A stretch of 64,000 bases of DNA from a virus. The stretch lies in IMG/VR virus record IMGVR_UViG_3300045988_180399; one strand, 5' to 3'. The translations under genes and the position numbers were made by a program. Below the pieces are notes generated by a model. The model ran no database searches and was not told where the DNA came from. It saw only the letters and a program-made list of their open reading frames with translations. Of this stretch, positions 55,955 through 63,428 are shown one piece after another. Position 1 is the first letter of the stretch. Every line of letters starts with the position of its first letter.

Positions 55955-58180
55955 TTGTGTAACGATATCAACCAGACGCTGAAGGAGGAGGTGCGCTGCA
56001 AACACTCCTTCACCATCCATTCGGCGGACGGCTTCATGGTCGTCCGCTATAAGGATGCGGATACCGGTGAGTATCTCGTCGCGTGCGGAAGCAACCTTCC
56101 GACGGCAAGCGACATCATCTACACCCTTCACGGAAAGTGGGGAATGAGCAAGAATGGGAAGTATGGACGCCAATTCGAAGTAAGCTACTTCGATATGGAG
56201 CAGCCAAAAGGTAAGGCGGCCATTGTCTCTTATTTTTGCAGCTTGAAATGCGGTATCGGGAAAGTCGTTTCCGGGCGTATCTACGCCAAATGGGGCGATG
56301 GCGTCTGGAATGTACTGGAGTCTGACCCGTCTCAACTCAAGGCTGTCAATGGCGTTACTGATAAAACAGTAACAAAGCTGATGACCAGACTGAAAGAGAC
56401 GGAGTTTCAGCGGCAAATCATTGCAAAGCTCGGCGATGCAGCGGCGGCGATTACGCCAAAGATGCTCAACGACCTGGTACGCTACTGCAACAAGAATGAG
56501 CTTGACCCGCTGGATACCGTTGAGCATCATACTTATTCCCTGATGCTGGTGCGAGGCTTCGGCTTCGAGACCGTGGATAGGCTGGCGCGTGCGCTGCCGG
56601 ATTTTGACCCCGCGAGGTCGGCACGCCTTATCGCATCCCTTGCTTATATTTTCGAGCAAAAATCTATGGAAGGCCATGTGTGCGTTCCAAAGGACGAACT
56701 GCTCGGTGAGATGACCAGGGTGCTTAATGCTGGCTTCCATAACGCGGTGTCCGAGGACAACTGCAAAGAGGCGCTGAACTTAGCGTATAAGATGAAGACC
56801 ATCAAGGTCACAGCCAACATGGTCTATTCCACCAAATCCTTTGAGGAGGAGACGGGGATTGTCAAAGATATTCGCCGCATTATGAGCGCTTCCGATTCTA
56901 AAATCACAGAAATTGATACCTTTATCGAAGAGTACGAAGATGCGAACTTCAAGCTGGCCGACAGCCAGCGAGACGCCGTACACGGTGTTTTTGAGCATCA
57001 GGTCGAAATCATCACCGGCGGACCCGGCACAGGCAAAACAACAGTCACAAAGGCTGTTCTCTATGTCCATCAGCAAGTGTTCGGTGGAGATTCCAATGCT
57101 GTGCTTCTGGCTCCGACGGGAAGAGCCGCAAGAAGAATGTCTGAGGCGACCGGCTTTCCGGCACAGACCATTCATTCTGCTATCGGTTACACCGGAGTAC
57201 CGGAGCTGGACAACCGCAACGAGGGCTTCCTGGAAGGGAACTTGTTTATTATTGACGAGTCCTCCATGATGGACCAGTTCATCGCTGCGAAACTTCTGTC
57301 CATGATTCCTGATGGAGCAAAGGTCGTCTTTGTCGGCGACCCTGACCAGCTGCCATCTGTCGGTGCTGGTAATGTGCTTCGTGAAATGATTCGCAGCAAG
57401 GCTGTTCCAACAACCAGACTGAGCGTCATTTTCCGTCAGGCACAGGATAACCCCATTGTTGGGAATAGCCTGAAAATCAACCAGGGCTGCACAAACCTCA
57501 CTTTTACTAACACATTCTGTTTCATTGAGCGGTCTGCACCGGAAGAAATTCTCCGCACCGCCTGCGCGTTCTATGTGAAAGCGGTGAAGAAATTTGGTCT
57601 GGAGAATGTGATTCTGCTGAATCCGTTCCGGAACAAGGGCCTGCTCTCCGTCAACGAGTTCAACCGCCAGCTCCAGAATCTTATCAATCCGCCCATAGAA
57701 GGGGAGGAGAGCATCAAGATTCGAAAGCTGGAGTTTCGTCCGCGTGATTTGGTCATGCAGACGAAAAACACGGAAATCGCTATGAACGGCGATATCGGCG
57801 TTATCCATGAAATCAGCAAAATGCCGGACCCGGACGATATGAACAGATGGACTTACATCGCGTCTATCGAATTCAACGGGGACGGCAAACGCCATGACTA
57901 TACGCCTGAGATGATGCAGGACCTTGACCTTGCTTACTGCACAACCGTGCATAAAAGCCAAGGCTCAGAGTACCAAACCGTCATCATGGTGGTATCCGAG
58001 GAACACAAAGTTATGCTCAAGCGCAATATCATCTATACGGGCGTGACGAGAGCCAAGCAGAACGTCGCGTTGATTGGTCAGACAGAGGCGCTCAACACCG
58101 CCATACTGAACAACCAGACAGATGTTCGGCACACCCTTTTGGGCGACCGGCTTCACGCTGCGTTCACGGTGAAAAGTTGA
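55955..58180 (+). CDS. RecD2-like SF1B DNA helicase (AAA_30 + UvrD_C-like) with N-terminal accessory domain
   Basis: 741 aa (TTG start after GGAGGT); Walker A GGPGTGKTT, LAPTGRAARR, Walker B FIIDESSM, VGDPDQLPSV, C-terminal YCTTVHKSQGSEY and IYTGVTRAK motifs. Confidence 0.75.
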   Translation: MCNDINQTLKEEVRCKHSFTIHSADGFMVVRYKDADTGEYLVACGSNLPTASDIIYTLHGKWGMSKNGKYGRQFEVSYFDMEQPKGKAAIVSYFCSLKCGIGKVVSGRIYAKWGDGVWNVLESDPSQLKAVNGVTDKTVTKLMTRLKETEFQRQIIAKLGDAAAAITPKMLNDLVRYCNKNELDPLDTVEHHTYSLMLVRGFGFETVDRLARALPDFDPARSARLIASLAYIFEQKSMEGHVCVPKDELLGEMTRVLNAGFHNAVSEDNCKEALNLAYKMKTIKVTANMVYSTKSFEEETGIVKDIRRIMSASDSKITEIDTFIEEYEDANFKLADSQRDAVHGVFEHQVEIITGGPGTGKTTVTKAVLYVHQQVFGGDSNAVLLAPTGRAARRMSEATGFPAQTIHSAIGYTGVPELDNRNEGFLEGNLFIIDESSMMDQFIAAKLLSMIPDGAKVVFVGDPDQLPSVGAGNVLREMIRSKAVPTTRLSVIFRQAQDNPIVGNSLKINQGCTNLTFTNTFCFIERSAPEEILRTACAFYVKAVKKFGLENVILLNPFRNKGLLSVNEFNRQLQNLINPPIEGEESIKIRKLEFRPRDLVMQTKNTEIAMNGDIGVIHEISKMPDPDDMNRWTYIASIEFNGDGKRHDYTPEMMQDLDLAYCTTVHKSQGSEYQTVIMVVSEEHKVMLKRNIIYTGVTRAKQNVALIGQTEALNTAILNNQTDVRHTLLGDRLHAAFTVKS

Positions 58181-58184
58181 AAAG

Positions 58185-58225
58185 CTGCGCGTCTTCCTGA
58201 AAAAGGAGGACGCGCAGTTTTTTTG
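58185..58225 (+). terminator. rho-independent terminator
   Basis: CTGCGCGTCTTCC..GGAGGACGCGCAG + TTTTTTT. Confidence 0.75.
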
Positions 58226-58264
58226 TATAATTTTTGCCTTTTTGGATATTCAGTCAGAAATAAA

Positions 58265-58293
58265 TTGACTAATAGGTGTATATGTGGGATAAT
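58265..58293 (+). promoter_or_regulatory. sigma-A type promoter TTGACT-N17-TGTGGGATAAT
   Basis: -35 58265-58270, -10 58288-58293. Confidence 0.6.
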
Positions 58294-58336
58294 ATATAGA
58301 GCGGAACCCCAAAAATTTTGAAAGGAGAAATTTTGC

Positions 58337-60757
58337 ATGAATAGGAAAAACCGTGTGTGTTCCGCCGCACTCTCGGCAGTTCTGACGCTTACGCTGGTCA
58401 CAGCACCGGCACAAGCTCTCGGCACTGCTGGGGCGGAGAGGACAGAAGGAGACTATGCCGTAATGCAGGCCGTGTCCGGCCCCAGTATCGGCGAAATCGA
58501 CAGCAGCGGCATCATCTACAACGGAAAAGCACAGACGCCGACGCCAAAAATCACAGTGGGCGGCATGGAACTGGTTGCTGGTACTGACTTCCGGATGGAA
58601 TACAGCAACAATGTTCACGCCGGCACGGGAATTGCGTACATTCTCGGAATGGGGAAGTATGCAGGGTATGTTGACAGCTGTGAGTTCACCATTCACCCCG
58701 CTCAGTTAGTCGTGAAGGTGGACGATGTGCAGGATGTCAAGGACCCGGCCTCCTACACCTACACGATTCTTCAGGGAACACTTGCTTCCGGAGATTCGCT
58801 TGGACAGCCGCAGTATTCCGTGAAGGATAACGGGAACCGCACCAAGACGGTCAGCGCGACCTTCCAGGACAACGCCGATTACGAAATCACGGTTCTGCCC
58901 GGTACTCTGACGATTGTCCAAACGCTCGGCACCGTCGTTATCAGCGGCCCGTCCAATGTCTTCTACAACGGCAGTGCTCAGACGCCGAAGCCCACCGTTC
59001 AGGACGCTTCCACCGGAAAGACGCTGACAGAGGGACGGGACTACAATCTCGTTTACCGCAACAACGTCAATGCTGGCAAGGCCAGCGTCACCATCAACGG
59101 AATCGGCAGCTACAGCAAGGTCAGCGAGGTGCGTGAGTTCACCATCCAGGCAGCTCCCATCACGGTGCGCATCCGCGACGTGCGTTGCAGCATCCGAGAT
59201 ACCGACCCGACCTTCCGCTATGACATCACCAGCGGCAGCCTCGCCCCCGGCGACAGCCTCGGTTCGCCTCGTTATTCCGTCTATTCCAAGACGGGCTACT
59301 CTTATGGCCCGTACTTTGGCATCCGTGCGGAATTCCCCGTGAACCCGAATTATGCTATTACGGTTCGTGAAGGAACAATGACCTACTATGATGTCAAGGT
59401 CGATGATGACGTCATTAGCACGGACTTCCGCGTGGTTGTCAATGATGTCTACTATAACGGCACCTACCAGGAGCCGACGGTAAAGGTCTATGACCGCTAT
59501 AACAACCGTCTGACGGAAGGCGAGGACTACACTCTGAGCTTCTCCAACAACAGACAGGTTGGCACGGCAACCGTCTTTGTTACCGGCATCAATAGTTACC
59601 GAGGCTCGTATGCCACGGAGCATTTCGAAATTCTTTCCAATCACTCCAAACCGACGAATGACCGGTATACCATCGACGCTTCCGCTTCCGATGGCGGCCG
59701 CATTTCTCCGTCTGGCACGAATACCGTGCGGGATGGTGCGGATAAGACTTTCAACTTCTATGCGAACAGTGGCTATGAGATTATCGGCGTCTATGTCGAT
59801 AACGAGTATGTCGGAACCAAGAGCAGCTACACCTTCCGCGATGTCAGCGAGGACCACGAGATTTACGTTGAGTTCGCAAAGCGTAATTCCTCTAACTCCA
59901 GATATGACATCACCATTCGCTCCAGCTATGGCGGTACGGTAACGCCCAATGACAGCGGCAGTGTCACCGTTGCCAGAGGAAATAGCCGCACGTTCTACTT
60001 TGAACCCGATGCAGGCTATCGGATTTCTGCCGTTTATGTGGACGGTTCTCTGGTTTCCACCCGCAACAATCAGTACACCTTCACCAACGTCAGAGATGAC
60101 CACCGCCTCGACGTGGAGTTCACCAGAATCAACGGGTACTGGGACAATGCCGGCAACTGGTATCCCGGTGGACCGAACCATGACTGGACTCCGGGCTGGA
60201 AGAATCCGTACTATGACGTGAGCAACTCTGCATGGTACTACAATGAGCTGTGCTACATGACTTCTCGCGGCATCGTCAACGGTGTGTCCAATGACGTATT
60301 CTCCCCGAACACGCCCGTTTCTCGCGGTGAGCTGGTTCTGCTCCTGTACCGTATCTGCGGAAGCCCAAATCCCGGACGTCACACCTACTTCAACGATGTC
60401 GCTGCTTCCTCTCCCTTTGCTCATGCAATCTACTGGGCTGCGGAGAACGGCATTGTCACCGGCTACGGTGATAACTCCTTTAAGCCGTATGCCGCCGTTA
60501 CTCGTGAGCAGGCAGCCGCTATCCTGTACCGCTACGCTACCTACCGTGGCTTCGCTTACTATCAGGAGACTGGCGTGCTGAACGCTTACGCTGATTTCTA
60601 CGCGGTTTCTTCTTACGCCGTTCGCCCGCTGAGCTGGGCAGCGACCAATGGCATTGTCGTGGGGCAGTCGAACCAAACGCTTGGTCCGCAGTACCACATG
60701 ACGAGAGCTGAAACCATTGTCATGCTCTATCGCTTCTGCACCATGTTCGGCCAGTGA
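58337..60757 (+). CDS. large cell-surface protein: signal peptide, repeated ~90-aa beta-rich domains, Listeria-Bacteroides-type repeats, three C-terminal SLH domains
   Basis: 806 aa; signal peptide ...APAQALG; internal repeats (FYNGSAQTPKPTV...); repeats RYTIDASASDGG.../RYDITIRSSYGG...; three SLH motifs (..FSPNTPVSRGELVLLLYR / FNDVAASSPFAHAIYWAAENGIVTGYGDNSFKPYAAVTREQAAAILYRY / ..MTRAETIVMLYRF). Confidence 0.7.
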   Translation: MNRKNRVCSAALSAVLTLTLVTAPAQALGTAGAERTEGDYAVMQAVSGPSIGEIDSSGIIYNGKAQTPTPKITVGGMELVAGTDFRMEYSNNVHAGTGIAYILGMGKYAGYVDSCEFTIHPAQLVVKVDDVQDVKDPASYTYTILQGTLASGDSLGQPQYSVKDNGNRTKTVSATFQDNADYEITVLPGTLTIVQTLGTVVISGPSNVFYNGSAQTPKPTVQDASTGKTLTEGRDYNLVYRNNVNAGKASVTINGIGSYSKVSEVREFTIQAAPITVRIRDVRCSIRDTDPTFRYDITSGSLAPGDSLGSPRYSVYSKTGYSYGPYFGIRAEFPVNPNYAITVREGTMTYYDVKVDDDVISTDFRVVVNDVYYNGTYQEPTVKVYDRYNNRLTEGEDYTLSFSNNRQVGTATVFVTGINSYRGSYATEHFEILSNHSKPTNDRYTIDASASDGGRISPSGTNTVRDGADKTFNFYANSGYEIIGVYVDNEYVGTKSSYTFRDVSEDHEIYVEFAKRNSSNSRYDITIRSSYGGTVTPNDSGSVTVARGNSRTFYFEPDAGYRISAVYVDGSLVSTRNNQYTFTNVRDDHRLDVEFTRINGYWDNAGNWYPGGPNHDWTPGWKNPYYDVSNSAWYYNELCYMTSRGIVNGVSNDVFSPNTPVSRGELVLLLYRICGSPNPGRHTYFNDVAASSPFAHAIYWAAENGIVTGYGDNSFKPYAAVTREQAAAILYRYATYRGFAYYQETGVLNAYADFYAVSSYAVRPLSWAATNGIVVGQSNQTLGPQYHMTRAETIVMLYRFCTMFGQ

Positions 60758-60761
60758 ACCG

Positions 60762-60982
60762 CTGGGGTTCTTGAGTTCTCAGGTTCCGAACAGACAGGTT
60801 TTGAAAATTGAAAATCGTAGGGTATGATGGCGTTACATTAAAGAAGTATCTCTCATGAAATTGACTTGATACTTCGCTGGGACAAGCGCATTCGGAACTG
60901 TCCGCAGGGAAGAATCGCTTGTCCCATTTTTTTAATGTGCAAGCTACAACCACAAAAATTATTTCGAAAAGGAGAAAAAATC
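60762..60982 (+). promoter_or_regulatory. Divergent copy G of leader module (5' half conserved; 3' half replaced by TTGACT box and long hairpin+T7)
   Basis: GGTTCTTGAGTTCTCAGGTTCC ... GTAGGGTATGATGGCGTTACATTAAAGAAGTATC; then GAAGTATC..TTGACT..GATACTTC inverted repeat; GGGACAAGCG...CGCTTGTCCC+T7 at 60879-60934; RBS AAAAGGAGAAAAAATC ATG. Confidence 0.55.
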
Positions 60983-61633
60983 ATGTCTGAGTACACCAAC
61001 AACCTGAACGTCGTCTCCACCTACAAGGGCGAAAAGAGCGTCAGCATCACCGGCACGTTCCAGTGCGGCATTCACTTCCCCAAGAGTGGGGCAAAGCCGT
61101 TCAAGGTCATCGAGCGCACATCCAAGAACAACAAGCAGTACAAGCAGATTGCCTGTACTGTTGTTATCTCCCCGGATGACCGCAAGAACAACAACGGCAA
61201 TCCTTTCTCTTCTGTCTATTACGATGGGAAGTACCTGACCTTCAAGGAGTTCCTGGAAACCACCGGCGTCGAGCTTATCAAGGGCAAGCTGTATGCCGGC
61301 GTGTTCATGGACCGCAGCACGATGGGCCTGTATCAGGTCATGGGCGACCCCAATTTGACCTTCAAGCAGAACATCGTTCTCTCCGGCGAACTGTCCGTCT
61401 ATACGGATAAGGAAGGGAAGAAGCGTGCCGCTTTCGGCCGCGTGTCCCTGTTTGCCAAGGACCATGTGGGAGCCGATAAGGTGGAAAAAGAGAACGCAAA
61501 CGTCATGCTGGAGAGCGGCGGCAACGCGCAGGCGTCCGGCGGTAGTCCTGCCGCATACGCTTCCGCAGCGCCCGCTATGAACGATGACGGCTTTATCGAC
61601 ATCTCTGATGATGACGGTGAGCTGCCGTTCTGA
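60983..61633 (+). CDS. single-stranded DNA-binding protein-like (OB-fold) with SSB-type acidic C-terminal tail
   Basis: 216 aa; G/S/A-rich linker and C-terminus ...ISDDDGELPF resembling SSB DDDIPF protein-interaction tail. Confidence 0.5.
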   Translation: MSEYTNNLNVVSTYKGEKSVSITGTFQCGIHFPKSGAKPFKVIERTSKNNKQYKQIACTVVISPDDRKNNNGNPFSSVYYDGKYLTFKEFLETTGVELIKGKLYAGVFMDRSTMGLYQVMGDPNLTFKQNIVLSGELSVYTDKEGKKRAAFGRVSLFAKDHVGADKVEKENANVMLESGGNAQASGGSPAAYASAAPAMNDDGFIDISDDDGELPF

Positions 61634-61651
61634 TTCGGCACATACAATGCA

Positions 61652-61686
61652 AGGAGACACCGATTTCTCGGTGTCTCCTTTGTTGT
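61652..61686 (+). terminator. rho-independent terminator
   Basis: AGGAGACACCG-ATTTCT-CGGTGTCTCCT + TTGTTG. Confidence 0.65.
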
Positions 61687-61710
61687 AAAAACTTTTTAGG
61701 GAGATGCAAC

Positions 61711-62256
61711 ATGAAGGAGAAAGAACCCAAAATTGCCTCATTTCGGAATGCTACGACCATCTATATGGGCCATGCAAACGGACAGGACGGGGAGTGGGAC
61801 CTGTTTTACAGCGTACATTTCGAGGACCGTTCCGCCGAAAGAAAATGCTCCGTTGAGAAAGCTGGAATTATCCTTGGCACCATTTTCGAAGACGCCATCT
61901 TCGCCGATAAGGTCTCCGAGGATATCGTGCTGTCCCGTGCTTCTCGCCGCCAGTCTTACGACTATGTTGAGAAGCGGCAGCGTTTTCAGATTCTGGACAT
62001 GGTGAACAAGGTTTCTTTCATCCTGGAATTGTATCCGAGAACGAAGGAAATCTACGCCATCACAGTCCTCACACAGGACAGAGAGGCCATCAATAAAAAA
62101 AGAAATACCGTTGTCATAAAGATTCTTCCGGCTGTTGAGCGGGAGGATGTCGTGGAATCAAAAGTTGTCTATTATGATTACGACTTGCGCATCCGGGCAT
62201 TCAAGAAACTGTACGAGCAGGTTATGGATGCGTCCTGCCTGCCTTGCGAAGATTGA
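61711..62256 (+). CDS. hypothetical protein
   Basis: 181 aa; RBS AGGGAGATG. Confidence 0.45.
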   Translation: MKEKEPKIASFRNATTIYMGHANGQDGEWDLFYSVHFEDRSAERKCSVEKAGIILGTIFEDAIFADKVSEDIVLSRASRRQSYDYVEKRQRFQILDMVNKVSFILELYPRTKEIYAITVLTQDREAINKKRNTVVIKILPAVEREDVVESKVVYYDYDLRIRAFKKLYEQVMDASCLPCED

Positions 62257-62295
62257 GTTGCCACAGCAGAAAGAATCACACAACACGACACATCA

Positions 62296-62325
62296 ACAGG
62301 GCAGCATAGCTGCCCTGTTTTTTTG
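62296..62325 (+). terminator. rho-independent terminator (between convergent genes)
   Basis: ACAGGGCAGC-ATA-GCTGCCCTGT + T8. Confidence 0.75.
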
Positions 62326-62343
62326 CGTATTGATGAAAAAAGA

Positions 62344-62661
62344 TTATTCGAACAACTCCCCCTCCTCGTCAGCGAGTGTCTTTAGATACTTGAACACCGT
62401 CTCAAACGAATCAGGCGAGTGGTCATACTCTGTAATATGGTTGAGCGCAAAGTAAGGTTCAACCATATTCACAACCATGAAGATGGGTAGGTGGTTGTCC
62501 TGTGCGAGTTTCACAATGCGTTCTCGGCGCTCAGGCAGTAAAAAGATATCGTCGATGAACCCGCACAGGGCGTAGAACTCGTTGTCATCAGGTGTGAGGG
62601 GAGCAACTGGCAGATTGGCAGCCTCCGGTATATCGTGGCCGGAAAAAAACTTCTTGTTCAT
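62344..62661 (-). CDS. hypothetical protein (only minus-strand gene in the array)
   Basis: 105 aa; acidic C-terminus; convergent with 61711..62256. Confidence 0.45.
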   Translation of the reverse strand: MNKKFFSGHDIPEAANLPVAPLTPDDNEFYALCGFIDDIFLLPERRERIVKLAQDNHLPIFMVVNMVEPYFALNHITEYDHSPDSFETVFKYLKTLADEEGELFE

Positions 62662-62857
62662 AAAAACCTCCGCAAAAAAGAAATATGGTGAATGGACACA
62701 GTTTCACAAAGAACTGTCCATCCACCATATTATTGAAGGGGAGAAATGAAAAAAATGATGCAAACGTGTTATCCATCGTTGCAAGCATATTATACCAAAT
62801 TTGCATTAAAAAGTCAATCCAATTTTGAGGATTCCCAGAAAACCATTCCAATTCGCA

Positions 62858-63029
62858 AGAATTCTTGGGTTCTTGGGTTCCTTGTGCAAAAATGGGCCAT
62901 TCCTCATATTTGTCGGTATGCTAAGAACATACCAAGGAAGTATCACAAACAAAAAGAAAGTTCAGTCAGCGGTTATAGACCATTGGCTTTTATATAAATA
63001 AACAGCTATTGTAAAGGAGAAATGAAAAA
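62858..63029 (+). promoter_or_regulatory. Conserved structured leader module, copy H
   Basis: TTCTTGGGTTCTTGGGTTCC; hairpin-1 GGTATG-CTAAGAA-CATACC; AAGTATCACAAACAAAAAGAAAGTTCAGTCAGCG; GGCTTTTATATAAATA; AAAGGAGAAATGAAAAA ATG. Confidence 0.65.
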
Positions 63030-63413
63030 ATGAAACTGACAACAGAAGAAAAGGCAAAGTTGAAATCCAATATTGAGAAAATCAAGGCATACATCGAAGC
63101 CGAAATCAGCCCGAAGCTCTGTGGTGAAGCGATTACTGTCTATTTTGGCAATGTGGTACACTTTGCCAACGGCACCACCGGGAAGAAGTATCGTCTCTAT
63201 GTAGACGGACGCAGTGTTTGCGGAGGTGCAGGGAATCTGCTCATGAACCTGCTGCCAACCGGCACGCAGAAATTCGACTGTTCTGACTTCTGCACTCGTT
63301 CGGATGCTGGCCTTGAGCTGATTCATTCGTGGCCTGCTATCAAGCAGGAACTACTCCAAAAGGTGCAGAATGTTGCGGAGCGCAAAAGCAGCCTTGATAA
63401 TTTTGAACTTTGA
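63030..63413 (+). CDS. hypothetical protein
   Basis: 127 aa. Confidence 0.45.
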   Translation: MKLTTEEKAKLKSNIEKIKAYIEAEISPKLCGEAITVYFGNVVHFANGTTGKKYRLYVDGRSVCGGAGNLLMNLLPTGTQKFDCSDFCTRSDAGLELIHSWPAIKQELLQKVQNVAERKSSLDNFEL

Positions 63414-63428
63414 AAGAGAGGATAAGCA

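Noticed and set aside
58706-60697. 663-aa minus-strand ORF antisense to the SLH surface protein
   Set aside because: Antisense shadow ORF of a repetitive GC-rich gene. There is no start context, and the + strand product has clear signal-peptide and SLH features.
62746-62997. 83-aa + strand ORF running through leader copy H
   Set aside because: It reads across the conserved non-coding module, whose hairpins and U-tract are shared by all copies. It is most likely a non-coding stub left by rearrangement.
39045-63029. Integron-like attC array or CRISPR array interpretation of the repeated elements
   Set aside because: The repeats are about 170 bp and conserved along their full length including the RBS. 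They sit at the 5' end of ORFs, not the 3' end. Spacers are multi-kb coding operons. No intI or cas genes are present. The pattern is more consistent with duplicated promoter or leader modules.
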